The notes beneath the pieces were generated by a model. The model ran no database searches. It worked only from the letters and a program-made list of their open reading frames with translations, and had not been told where the DNA came from. Below are positions 11,163-24,075 of a stretch of 64,000 nucleotides of DNA, one piece after another (position 1 is the first letter of the stretch; the number at the start of each line of letters is the position of its first letter). The DNA is from Octopus sinensis. Its lineage: Eukaryota. A program made the position numbers and the translations under genes. The stretch spans positions 207,514,001-207,578,000 of the forward strand of contig NC_042998.1 in assembly GCF_006345805.1 (NCBI RefSeq), in the 5' to 3' direction.

Positions 11163-12343
11163 ATGCCGTGGTTGATGATGCGCAGACATGCGCTGAGACT
11201 GCGACATCTCCGGCGCTTCATAGACAACGGTGAACAGGGGTGGTCGCCTTTTGTGCGGCGCGCTTTCCCGCAGCTCGTCTCCTTGGACGAACTACAGTCA
11301 TGGATCAAGCAGAGACCGAGGCTAGGCGAATGGCACCGTGAGTGTCGCGTTGCTCTCAAGCAACTCTGCCGTCCGGGATCGAACTTGTGCGACTCCATCA
11401 CAACAAAGGCATTCTATAGAGGATTAGTGGAGGGGAGGTGCGACGACGAACTCGGGCAGAGTCTGGGCGTCGACGAGGAACACCTGACCCGCCTGTTCAG
11501 GACAACTTTCGGGCCGGGACCTATGAACAATCACCAAAGATCCCTGGCCTGGCAGTGCTATCGAGAAGCATTACCTGTTCGGGATAAGCTCTACAGACAC
11601 GGTTCCAGACACACTGGACCGACTGCCCGAGATGCGGTCAGAGCGACGAAACCGTTCCGCACGCACTCGTGCAATGTCCAACCATTTCCGACCTGTGGCT
11701 TATGCCGAACGGCTGCTGTCACGTGTGGGACGAATCCGCCTATCGCCGAGTCTATCGTGAGAATTGCTCCGCCCCCTTCCCTCAACCGGGAAGGCAAGGC
11801 AGTTTTCATCGTACTGGTGGCCATGGTGAAAGAATGTGTGTGGTGGACTCGAGCGAAAGGATTAGAGACAAACACTTACCTCTCTGGCCAATCGCTCATC
11901 AACTTTTTCAAGTACCACTTGAAAAGGAAGGTGAGAATGGAGAGGGAAGTTTTGTCTCGCGAAAGATTAAAAAAAAGATGGGTGAATGTTGCAAAGATGG
12001 TGCGTGCTAGTAACGAAACCATTTTGAGCATGATCCTGTAGATCGTAAAAAAGAAAGAAAGAGAGCATTTTTGACCTCATGTGTTTATTTCCTCCCTGAC
12101 TGGGGTTCCCGTGGTCTTTTTCTGTAGGCTTTTCTTCCCACGGATGAACCCAATCTTGTTATATCAATGTTTACACCATTATTTCTGTGATACACGATTT
12201 TCCTTTTTTTTCCTTTTTTTCCTCCTCTCGATCCCTTTTGATCGCAACCTTACATTTTTTATTTTTTCCACCCTCGAAAAGAAAAGCTCTGCATTTGTAT
12301 TTGTCCCCTCTGTATTCAGCCCTGTGTGGCTAATAAAAGAAAG
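11163..12343 (+). mobile_element. 5'-truncated Tx1/L1-clade LINE (ORF2 C-terminus with CCHC knuckle, frameshifted) inside a (TCTA)n microsatellite
   Basis: CPRCGQSDETVPHALVQC (C-x2-C-x7-H-x4-C) lies in a different frame from ORF 11109-12041; T-rich 3' UTR ending GGCTAATAAAAGAAAG; (TCTA)n/(TA)n on both sides (right tract ~12345-12910). Confidence 0.82.
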
Positions 12344-12527
12344 TTATCTATCTATCTATTTATCTATCTATCTACCTATCTACCTATCTATATATATATC
12401 TATCTATCTATCTATATATATATATCTATCTATATATATCTATCTATCTATCTATCTATATATCTATCTATTATATATATATATCTATCTATCTATCTAT
12501 ATATATCTATCTATCTATATATATATC

Positions 12528-12558
<31 letters not shown>

Positions 12559-12573
12559 CTACCTATCTATCTA

Positions 12574-12640
<67 letters not shown>

Positions 12641-12672
12641 TATCTATCTATCTATATATATATATCTATCTA

Positions 12673-12881
<209 letters not shown>

Positions 12882-12969
12882 AGATAGATAGATAGATAGA
12901 TAGATATAGATATACATACATATACATGTATATATCATCATCCACATCGTTTAACGTCTATCTTCCATG

Positions 12970-13004
<35 letters not shown>

Positions 13005-13654
13005 ATCTATATATATATATATACACACATACACATATATAAAGAGAGAGAGAGATGGATAGATACATGCATACATATGTATGTACATGTATATACATGT
13101 ACACATATATATATACATACATGTACATATATATACATATATCATGTAATCGCATGACTGACCAGGCAATCAGATCTTGTTACACATCGCTGGTCACAAT
13201 GTGTTTTTGCATTGTTTTAGCCACCACACTGGCAAGGCAACCAGGCCAACAATCCCCCCCCCCCCCACTGATCGAAAGGGGAACTGGAGCAATGCGAAAT
13301 GAAGTGTTTTACTCAAGCACACAACACACCACCCGGTCAGGGAATCGAACCCTCGATCTAGCGATCACGAGTGCAACAACCTAACCACTTGGCCACGCAC
13401 CTTCACATTTATACATATATTGCCATATATATTTATATGTGTGTTTAAAAGTGTACAAGACATAAGTTTCATAAACTACAGAATATAAATAGCCACTCAA
13501 CCACTCTTTATCTCGTACCTGTAATTACTCTTTATCTCTTACCTGTAATTACCCTTTATCTTGACTTGAATGTACATGAAGGTATTTAGAATGTCCAAAC
13601 TTCTTTCTGCAAATGTGCTAAGCACTGATGCTGACCCTAAATAAGCATGAGCGA

Positions 13655-14040
13655 GGTAAATGCAGGAAAAATAGTGAGGGTCGATGGGGCCCCATTTAAG
13701 AGGCCCTTCAGAAATTGAACCCCCTTATGATACTCCATGGGAGTTCATGGCATGAAATTCATTGTTGTTGCTCTGATTTGGTCGCCAATAGCATATATTT
13801 AATTTAAAATACAGTAAAAATAGGATGGGGGTCACAGAGGTCCCATTTAAGCAGCCCTTCAGAAATTGAACTCCCTTATGATACTCCCTAGGAGTTCATG
13901 GTATGTAATTCATTGTCCTCGCTCTGATTTGGTTGCCAATGCCATGTATTTAGTTTAAAATGCAGGAAAAATAGGGGAGTCTGTAGGGCCCCAAGTAGGC
14001 GGCCCTTAAAAAAATAGACTGTCCCCTTAGGACAATCCCT
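13655..14040. repeat. ~149-bp tandem repeat, ~2.5 copies
   Basis: AAATGCAGGAAAAATAG-like starts at ~13659, 13807 and 13958. Confidence 0.75.
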
Positions 14041-14351
14041 GGGATTAGGGGAGTTGGTGGTTTGGGCTTTGTTGTCCTTACACCAATGGTTTGACTGGCT
14101 TCCGTGCCGGAGGCATGTAAAAAGCACCAAGCAATTGTGGCCGTTGCCAGCCACTTTCCCCTGGCCCCTGTGCCGGTGGCACGTAGAAAGCACCCACTAC
14201 ACTCTCGGAGTGGTTGGCATTAGGTAGGGCATCCAGCTGGTCAGGCAGTGGGGGACAAACACACACACATGCACACGTGCACATATACACACACCACACA
14301 CACAAACACATATATACATACATACATATACATGTGTGTATGTATATATAT

Positions 14352-14418
<67 letters not shown>

Positions 14419-14569
14419 TATATATACACAAACATATATATATATATACAATTAATAACCTAAGTGGACTCACATCCCTTTTTTTCTCCTAAGGATAAAT
14501 ATGAATCTCCTAGATTCTATTCTTCTGCTTTTTCCTTATTCAAGTCCTTTGTAAGAATTTGCTTTATAC

Positions 14570-14672
14570 TTCCTGTACTGAAGAGTACGTTCACATATAA
14601 TTAATTTAATTCATTTCAGTCATGAATTTGGATGATTTTTATATCTCTGTACGAAACGATCGTCTGCATGAA
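14570..14672 (+). ncRNA. type I hammerhead ribozyme with long stem II
   Basis: UUCCUGUA-CUGAAGA(14578-84)-GUAC[60 nt]GUAC-GAAA(14653-56)-CGAUCG-UC(14663-64)-UGCAUGAA; all three stems can form. Confidence 0.78.
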
Positions 14673-15641
14673 TTAAAATTCTCTTATATACTTTAACATC
14701 TTCTCTTCTCCGTTTTTAACAAATTTGTTGTGTTCTATGGGATTCCTTTCCATAAATTCACATAACACACCTTAAACAAGTATTATTTTCATATTCGCAA
14801 ACTTACACCACCCGTAAGCTACCAGCAAAATATGAAGAATTAATATTAGAAATCTTTTTTGGAATTCTCCAAATTGAATGACGAAACTAATTTAACCTTT
14901 TTTTGTGAAAAAACTCTGCTTGCGAAGACTTGTTGAGGCAAGTGAAATCGAAATCGAAATCAAATTCAATGACTGGCATCCGTTGCTAGTGGAGCACTAA
15001 GAGTACCATACGAGTGAGATCGTTGCCAGAGCAACAAGCTCGCCTCCGTTCTGATGGCATGTTAAAAAACACCATTCAAGCGTGATCGTTACCTGCATCG
15101 CCTTACTAACACCTGTGCTGGTGGCATGTGAAAAACATGAGACGTGAGATATGCAGAGATATTGCATTTGTAGTTCCATTATTTAGGCAGAATGGTATCC
15201 ATATAAGATTCCAGTACCTCGTGAGTAAGTTCCAATAGTATTTAAATACTATTGGAACTTACTTTTATCTTGGCTACCGAATAATTGTCACATATTATAT
15301 TTACAGATAATTTCCTCTATTTACATAATATCGAGGTCTCTTTCATTCGTCTGTTGTCTTACCATTTCTATCAATATATATATATATATATCACCGTGAT
15401 CACCATGACCGACCGGGCTCTCTGATGTAGCTACACATCGCTGGTCACAATGTGCTTCGCATTGTTTTAGCCTTCAAATGACGCCACCCCGCTGGCTAAG
15501 CGAGCAGGCCAACAGAAGAAAGAGTGAGAGAAAGTTGTGGCAAAGGAGTACAGCAGGGATCGCCACCACCGCCCTGCTGGAGCCTCGTGGAGCTTTAGGT
15601 GTTTTCGCTCAATAAACACTCACAACGCCCGGTCTGGGAAT

Positions 15642-15689
<48 letters not shown>

Positions 15690-15880
15690 ATATATATATA
15701 TATTATATGTGTGGAGGCGCATCATCATCATCATATCATCATCATCGTTTAGCGTCCGATGATGATGATGATGATGATGATGCGCCTCCACATATATATA
15801 TATATATATATATATATTCCCAGACTGGGCATGGCTGATGGTTAGTAAGGAGAGACACAAATAAGTGAGAAGAAAACAAA

Positions 15881-15925
15881 GGACCACTGATGTGGTCACA
15901 GGAGTGTGACGAAAGAACTCTGGCC
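15881..15925 (+). ncRNA. decayed type I hammerhead motif
   Basis: GGACCA CUGAUGU G GUCAC AGGAGU GUGAC GAAA GAAC UC UGGCC; A9 changed to U; weak stem III. Confidence 0.45.
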
Positions 15926-16994
15926 GAAATAAGATTTAGATTAATGTAAAAAATAAATAACACTGAAGCAAAATAACACCAAATATATAGTGCGTGTGTT
16001 TTTAATGACCATTCCAAAATATAACAATATCTGTTTCAACACACGACTTCACATAAAAAATCTTGCACAACAAATATTTAAACGTATATATATATATATA
16101 TATCTGTAATAAAATACAAAATGGGACAAGGACGCAAAACATCCGGACAACTAGGTGATACAAAAAGAGACAACGAAACATCCAGATAGACGATACAAAA
16201 AAACAAGCACAGGTCATTCAAAGCTTTTTATCCTCAGTCAAGAACCGGATCATCCTCGCAATTTCAGCTGTGGCCTGGCAGTACCGTCTGATTGGCACCA
16301 TTTGAGTGTGGTCATTGCCAGTGCTGCTGGACTGGCTCTTGTGCAAATTGCACGTAAAAAGTACTGCCTGACTGGCTCTCATGCCAGTGGCACATAAAAG
16401 CACCCACTACACTCTTGGAGTGGTTGGTGTTAGGAAGGGCATCTGGCTGTAGAAACTTTGCTCGATCAGATTGGAGCCTGGTGCAGCCTTCTGGGTCGCC
16501 AGCCTTCAGTCAAAGCGTCCAACCCATGCCAGCATGGGAAAGCCGATTCTCCACTGAAACACCAGACCAAAAGAACTGCTGATGAAGCCCTTAACTGACA
16601 TGACACCAATAGTTAAAAGAGAAGGACCCCCTGAGGAAGACACTTTGTATATCAGCTGCACTCACCAAAAGATAACATGCAGATGCAGTGTGAACTGCAG
16701 CAGTCAAGCAACATAATTGATTTAGTTTGGCACGGAAGATAGCGCAGCAGTTGTCATGGTTACGAGCGAAATGAAACCAAAACCAGGCACATCCGCACAC
16801 AAGGCCAACTCAGGGTGGAGATCAGTGCCTCCGCTTCAAACATCACTCCGAATTTACTATTGGACATCATTGCCTTCATCATCATCATCATCACCACCAC
16901 CACCATCATCACCACCATCATCACCACCATCATCATCATCATCATCACCACCACCACCACCATCACCACCACCATCATCACCATCATCATCACC

Positions 16995-17043
<49 letters not shown>

Positions 17044-17050
17044 CCACCAC

Positions 17051-17081
<31 letters not shown>

Positions 17082-17576
17082 ACCACCACCATTATCATCA
17101 TTGTCGTCGTTACCATCATCATCATTGCCAACATTATCATCATTGTTGTCGTCATCGTCATCATCAACATCATTGAACATCTATGTTCGATGCTGACATG
17201 GACTGGATGGTTTGACAGGATCTGATGGCCCCCACCAAAGACCACATTGAACTCCATTGCCTATGTTGGTATGGTTTCAATGTCTGGAAACCCTACTTTA
17301 TGCCCCCCCCCACTTTACAGAGGGTACTAGGTGCTTTCGTTTTTGTGGTACCCACACTAATGAAAACAGCGTACATCCTCCAAGTGGGGCTACAGTAGAA
17401 AATGGGGTGGTTTAATGCTTGGAGAATTCAGAATAGGGCAGGTTTCTTGCTGCAGAGCAATTGTTCTCAACCACTTTTGATCTTCAGATTCTTTTGACCC
17501 CTCTTTTACTCAGGTGAGAGTGGGGGAACCCCCATAACCATTTGATGTCTAAAAAATCCTATTATATTTTTATGAT

Positions 17577-18513
17577 TAACTAGCAGTATCGCCCGGCGTT
17601 GCTCGGGTTTGTAAGGGAAAAAAACTATATAAGCATTTTTAGTGAGTTATAGCAAAAAAATAGCAAAAAAATGCATTAAAAATGGAATAAAAGATGATGG
17701 TAAATTTGGTGTCTTCAAGCCATGAAGTCGTTGTTCTAAAAGAACGCTGGTCTCCTTGACAATGCTTTACGACGTTGATTTCCTTACACTCCCTTCCCCA
17801 CAGCTTCACGAGGGAGGGAAGAAGGGGGAGAAGCAACACAGGTGCAGGTGTGACCATGGACGCTAACTCCGCCGCCATCGACACACGAAAAAATATGCAT
17901 TAAAATGGAATAAAAAATTATGTTAAATTTTTTTTTAAATCGTAGACTCATTGTAGACGCACGCTAATACCCAGACGGGCTCGATATGAATCACGACTAT
18001 AAGATACCCGAATTTGGTTAAACTGCACCGCAAAATGTGGGAGTAGTTAGGAATCTAAATCGAAGGGGACAGACACTCACACAACTACAGTTTTATATAT
18101 ATAGATTTTTTTAGGAATTGTATAAAAAACTAGCAGTATCGCCCGGCGTTGCTCAGGTTTGTAAGGGAAATAACTATAAAGCATTTTTAGAGAGTTATAG
18201 CCAAAAAATAGCAAAAAAATGGAAAAAAATGATGGTAAATTTTTTTTTGAGATTTAAAAAAGGTGGAGTTGCGTCCCTTAGACAATTTGTGGTTCGTGTT
18301 TCTGATTCTCGACCCCATGTCGAATTTATCGATTTTTTTCAGAACTGGGGGAACTTTTAAAAATTTTCGCTGCGTTAGTTTTGAATTATGACATTGGGCT
18401 ATGTGTGTGTCAAGTTTCATCAGAATCGGTTGAAAGCCGTGGTCAGGGTGAGGGTACGAGAAAACAGACACACAGAAAACGCACAGACAAACTGCCGTTT
18501 ATATAGAGAGAGA
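17577..18513 (+). mobile_element. two tandem non-autonomous Helitron-like (Lep1/HINE-type) copies
   Basis: Both start ACTAGCAGTATCGCCCGGCGTTGCTC(G/A)GGTTTG (5' hairpin; ~17578 and ~18129) and end in (CA)-rich sequence + TTTATATA..AGAT. Class call from recalled architecture. Confidence 0.6.
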
Positions 18514-20294
18514 TATTGTTATGGGTACAAGAGTAGCTGTGTGGTGAGTAGATTGTTTCCCAATCACTTAGTTCCGGGTTCAGTCCCACTGTGTGGCACC
18601 TTGGGCAAATGTCATCTACTATAGCCTTGGACCGACCAAAGCCTTGTGAATGGATTTGGTAGATGGAAACTGAAAGAAGCCCATCATATATAATATATAG
18701 GCACAGGAGTAGCTGTGTGGTGAGTAGCTTGCTTACCAACCACATGGTTCCGGGTTCAGTCCTACATTCTTTATTATTTTGAAAATTACTTTAGACAAAG
18801 ATAAAGTATTTCAACAATTAAAAAAGTATTTTATAAATTAAAAAAAATGGAAACAAAAGGGTTCAATGTTGATCTGTATATTTATCTACCTATCAAACCT
18901 ACATTTAAATTATCTGTTTGTACGTCTCTCTGTATGACTGTCTGCCTGTCTTACCCCACTTAAATGTTGATCTGTATATTCATCAACCTATCACACCCAC
19001 AGTTAAATGATATATATCTCTCTGTCTAATCGTCTGTTAGCCTAATCATCTATCTATCCATCTGTCTGTCTATCCATGTCTGTTTGTTTGTCCAACTTAT
19101 ACTCACATAAATGTTGATCTTTACATTTATCAACCTATCTCACCCACAGTTAAACATTGATCTATCTGTCCATCTATCCCTCTGTCCACCCACTAAATTA
19201 ACAATCTGTATATTTATCAATCTATCCTACCAATAGCTAAATGTTTCAGCTTCTGCATGGTCACTCAATTTGCTAGAAATAGCAGCCAAATAACCCTCAA
19301 ATTGTATCATTTAAGGAAAAGAAGCAAAATTGGCAGAGCTTGAATACCTTTGATCAAGTGATGTCTGCCCAATCAAAGATTGTGCCAAGATTCAGGGTGA
19401 GTGGCTCCATCCACTGTAATACACTGGCGTCTTGGTGCGGGGATGACCCCCTCCGCTGCAGCCATGCTCTCCGGGTCACACGGGTCAGGAAGCTCTCTAT
19501 CAAAAGCATGGTTGCGTGTTAAAAAGCTTACTTCCCAACCACATGGTTCTCAGTTCAGTCCTACTGTGTGGCACCTTAAGCAAGTGTCTTCTACTATAAC
19601 CTTGGACCAGCCAAAGCCTTGTGAGTGGATTTGGTTGATGGAAACTGAAAGAAGCCTGTCGTATATATATGGAGTAAAAAACAGCTTACAACTGATGAAG
19701 GGTCATTTTTTCTTATGTTGCTTGTCTTGTTTTTCATTTGTTTCTTTCATTGTTCGCAAAAAAAGTTTGTATTCCATGTTTTCATATTTTGTATTTCATG
19801 TTGTTTATGTTCTGTGACGTCCTGTGCCCACATATGCATATGTATATACATGTATAGGTAAGTATGTACATATATGTATGTATATATGCATATGTATATA
19901 TATTATACTCTTTACTCTCTCTTTACTCTTTTATTTGTTTCAGTCATTTGATTGTGGCCATGCTGGAGCACATGACTTATTCTTTGTAAGCCTAGTACTT
20001 ATTCTATCGGTCTCTCTTGCTGAACCACTAAGTTACGGGGGACGTAAACACACCAGCATTAGTTGTCAAGCGATGGTGTGGGAGGGACAAACACCGACAT
20101 ACAAACACACACATATATATATACATATATACGACGGGCTTCTTTCAGTTTCCATCTACCAAATCCACTCACAAGGCTTTGGTAGGCCTGAGGCTATAGT
20201 AGAAGACGCTTGCTCAAGGTGCCATGCAGTGGGACTGAACCCAGAACCATGTGGTCGGTAAACAAGCTACTTACCACACAGTCACTCCTGCGCC

Positions 20295-20379
<85 letters not shown>

Positions 20380-21133
20380 TTGTGTCTGTTTTTGTACCCC
20401 ACTCCATCGCTTGAGAACTGATGTTGGTGTGTTTATGTCCCTTTAACTTACCAGTTCAGCATAAGAGACTGATAGAATAAGTACTAGGCTTACAAAGAAT
20501 AAGTCCTGGGTTCGATTTGTTCGACTAAAGGCAGTACTCCAGCATGGCCACAGTCAAATGACTGAAACAAGTTAAAGAGTAAACTTAGGTTAAACAACAA
20601 TACTTGAATCATCATCATCATCATCATCATAGTTTAATGTCTGCTTTCCATGCTGGCATGGGTTGGACGATTTGACTGAGGACTGGCAAGCTGGGAGGCT
20701 GCACCAGGCTCCAATCCAATCTGGTAGTGTTTCTACAGCTGGATGCCTTTCCTAATGCCAACCACTCCGAGAGTGTAATGAGTGCTTTTACATGCCACCG
20801 GCACGAGGGCCAGTCAGGTGGTACTGGCAATGACCTCGTTCGAATGTTTTTTTCATGTGCCACCGGCACAAGTGCCAGTAAGGCAACGCTGGTAACAATC
20901 ATGCTTGAATGGTGCTTTTTACGTGCCACCGGCACGGAAGCCAGTCTGTGGCCCTGGCAACGATCACCCTCGGATGGTGCTCTTAGCGCTCCACTAGCAC
21001 AGATGCCAGTCATCGAATTTGATTTGTTAATCTATGAATTTATCTCCCTTTAACCTACACCTCCCCTTAAATGTTTTTTTATTAATTAAACGAAAGAACT
21101 TCAAGTGAAACAAATATTTCTTTAAATTCACAG

Positions 21134-21764
21134 ACGGATGTCTTCCCCAAACTGGAGCCTGACTAACTCAAGCTGCAGCAGTCCTGATCCCAATGAAAGC
21201 CCTACAAAGCCCATCTGGAACCCTACACAACCAAGTTATACCAATCCTGGCCTAAAGTTGGACCCTGCAGAGCCAAGTTCTGACCTCAACTGGAATCCTA
21301 CACAATCAAGTTATACCAGCTCTGATCCCAAATGGAAACTTACACAGCCAAGTTCTGACCTCAGCTGGAACCCTACTGAGTCAAGTTATCCTAGTCTTGA
21401 CCTCAAATGGAGCCCTACACAGCTCAGTTTTACCAGTCTTGACCCCAAGCTGAACCCCACTGAGCAAAATTCTGACCTCAGATGGAATCATACACAACCA
21501 AGTTACCCTAGCCCTGACCCCAAGTGGAACCCTACACAGATGAATCATACCAATATTGGTCCTAAGCTGAACCCTACTGAACAAAATTCTGACCCTAACT
21601 GGAACCCTGCTCAAGTAAGCTGTCCTAACCCTGACCCCAGGCTGAACATAACTCAACCAAGTTATACGAATCCTAACCGGAGCTGGACCACAACCAACAC
21701 GAGCTGGGCCTCTCCACCAGATCCTTTGCAGGTCACCCACGTGAACCAAACCTATGACTTAATC
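21134..21764 (+). CDS. VWA3A: exon 2: repeat-rich N-terminal extension ending PLQVTHVNQTYDLI
   Basis: Acceptor TCACAG|A; donor ATC|GTAAGT; C-terminal end matches the VWA3A VTHVNQT motif. Confidence 0.9.
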
Positions 21765-21805
21765 GTAAGTTCATTGTCTCTAATTAAAGACTGAATGTGT
21801 GCGCT

Positions 21806-23900
21806 TGGTGGTGGTGGTGGTGGTGGTGTGGTGGTGGTGGTGGTGGTGGAGGTGGTAGTGGTGGTGGTGGTGGTGGTGGTGATGGTGGTGGTGGTGGTGG
21901 AGGTGATGGTGGTGGTGATGATGGTGGTGGTGGTGGAGGTGGTGATGGTGGAGGAGGTGGTGGTGGTGGTGGTGGTGGTGATGATGGTGATGGTGGGGGT
22001 GGTGGTTGGGTGGTGATGATGGTTGATGGTGGTGGTGGTGGAGGTGGTGGTGGTGGTGGTGTGGTGGTGGTGGTGGTGGTGGTGGTGGTGGAGGTGGTAG
22101 TGGTGGTGGTGGTGGTGGTGGTGGTGGTGGTGGTGGTGGTGGTGGTGATGGTGGTGGTGGTGGTGGAGGTGATGGTGTGGTGATGATGGTGGTGGTGGTG
22201 GTGGTAATGATGGTGATGGTGGTGGTGGTGGTGATGATGGTGGTGGTGGTGTTGGTGGTGGTGTCGTTGGTGGTGGTGGTGTGGTGGTGGTGGTGGTAGT
22301 GGTGGAGGCGGTGGTGATGGTGGTGATGATGGTGGTGGTGGTGGTGGTGGTGGAGGTGGTGGTGGTGGTGGTGGTGGTGATGATGGTGATGGTGGTGGTG
22401 GTAATGATGGTGATGGTGGTGATGGTGGTGATGATGGTGGTGGTGGTGGTGGTGGTGGTGGTGATGTGGTGATGGTGGTGGTGGAGGTGGTGGTGGGGTG
22501 GTGGAGAGTGGTAGTGGTGGTGGTGGTGGTGTGGTGGTGGTGGTGGTGGTGGTGGTGGTGGTGGTGGTTGGTGGTGAGTGGTGTGGTGGATGGTGGTGGT
22601 GGTGGTGGAGGTGATGGTGGTGGTGATGATGGTGGTGGTGGTGGAGGTGGTGATGGTGGAGGAGGTGGTGGTGGTGGTGGTGGTGGTGGTGATGATGGTG
22701 ATGGTGGGGGTGGGTGGTGGTGGTGTGATGGTGGTGGTGGTGGTGGAGGTGATGGTGGTGGTGATGATGGTGGTGGTGGATGGGTGGTGATGGTGGAGGA
22801 GGGGTGGTGGGGTGGTGGTGGTGGGATGATGGTGATGGTGGGGGTGGTGGTGGGGGTGATGATGGTGATGGTGGTGGTGGAGGTGGTGGTGGTGGGTGGT
22901 GTGGTGGTGAGTGTTGGTGGTGGTGGAGGTGGAGTAGTGGTGGTGGTGGTGGTGTGGTGGTGGTGGTGGTGGTGGTGGTGGTGATGTGGTGGTGGTGGTG
23001 GAGGTGAGGTGGTGGTGGTGATGATGGTGGTGGTGGTGGTGTAATGATGGTGATGGTGGTGGTGGTGGTGATGATGGTGGTGGTGGGTGGTGTGGTGTCG
23101 GTGGTGGTGGTGTCGGTGGTGGTGGTAGTGGTGGAGGCGGTGGTGATGGTGGTGATGATGGTGTGGTGGTGGACCTGGTGGTGGAGGTGATGGTGGTGGT
23201 GATGGTGGTGGTGGTGGTGGAGGTGGTGATGGTGAGGACGGTGGTGGTGGTGGTGGTGGTGGTGATGTGATGGTGATGGTGGGGGTGGTGTGGTGGTGGT
23301 GATGGTGATGGTGGTGGTGGAGGTGGTGGGGTGGTGGAGGTGGTGGTGGTGGTGGTGGAGTGGTAGTGGTGGTGGTGGTGGTGGTGATGGTGATGGTGGT
23401 GTGCTGGTTGGGTGATGATGGTGGTGCGGTGTGGTGGAGGCGGTGGTGATGGTGGTTGATGATGGTGGGGGTGGTGGAGGAGGCGGTGGTGGTGGTGGTG
23501 GTGGTGGGATGATGGTGATGGTGGTGGTGGTAATGATGGTGATGGTGGTGGTTGGTGGGTGATGATGGTTGGTGGTGGTGTTGTTGTGGTGTTCCGGTGG
23601 TGGTGGTGTCGGTGGGGTGTGGTGGTGTGGTGGGGGGGGTTATTGTGGTGTGGAGGTGATGGTGGTTTGCAGTGGAGATGGAAGCGGTGGAAATGGCGCT
23701 GGTTGTGGTGGAGGTGGTGGGGGGTGGGTGGGGGTGGGGTGGTGGTGGTGGTGGTGGCGGTAGTAGCGGCGGTGGCATTGTTGGTGGTGGGGTGGGGGTG
23801 GAGGTGGTGGAGGTGGAGATGGTGGAGGTCGTGGTGGTGGTGGTAGAGGAGGTGTAAGTGGTGGTAGCAGTGGTGGCGGTGGTGGTGGAGGTGTTGGCAG
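21806..23900. repeat. ~2.1-kb degenerate (GGT/GAT)n microsatellite
   Basis: Directly visible; source of the poly-V/G/W and poly-P/H/T ORFs. Confidence 0.97.
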
Positions 23901-24041
23901 TGGTGGTGATGGTGGAAATACCTGTGACTGTGATGCTTGAAGCAACCTCACGGTTATGCTTGAGGTGAAGGCATGGTGGGTGTGGGTGAGACACTCACTT
24001 CCCAACCACGTGGTTTTGGGTTCAGTCCCAATGTATGGAAC

Positions 24042-24075
<34 letters not shown>

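Noticed and set aside
19317-19396. Exon-like segment with a strong GTGAGT donor in intron 1
   Set aside because: Its open frame is phase 0-0 but intron 1 is phase 2; the compatible frame has a TGA; the upstream flank is a SINE fragment.
19690-19800. CUGAUGAAGGG motif; also GAAACCGGUC on minus at ~29362-29375 and UUGAUGA..GUACGAAA on minus at ~48655-48690
   Set aside because: Only half cores or several broken stems; may be old Penelope remnants but cannot be supported.
20670-20705. CUGAGGA-CUGGC-AA-GCCAG-AAGG-type motif in the antisense of family C
   Set aside because: No GAAA or cleavage triplet; chance resemblance.
21784-23994. 736-aa minus-strand ORF and the 726/648/625-aa ORFs at 54169-56349
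   Set aside because: Stop-free only because (CCA)n lacks stops; 54169-56349 merely overlaps exons 17 and 18 in part.
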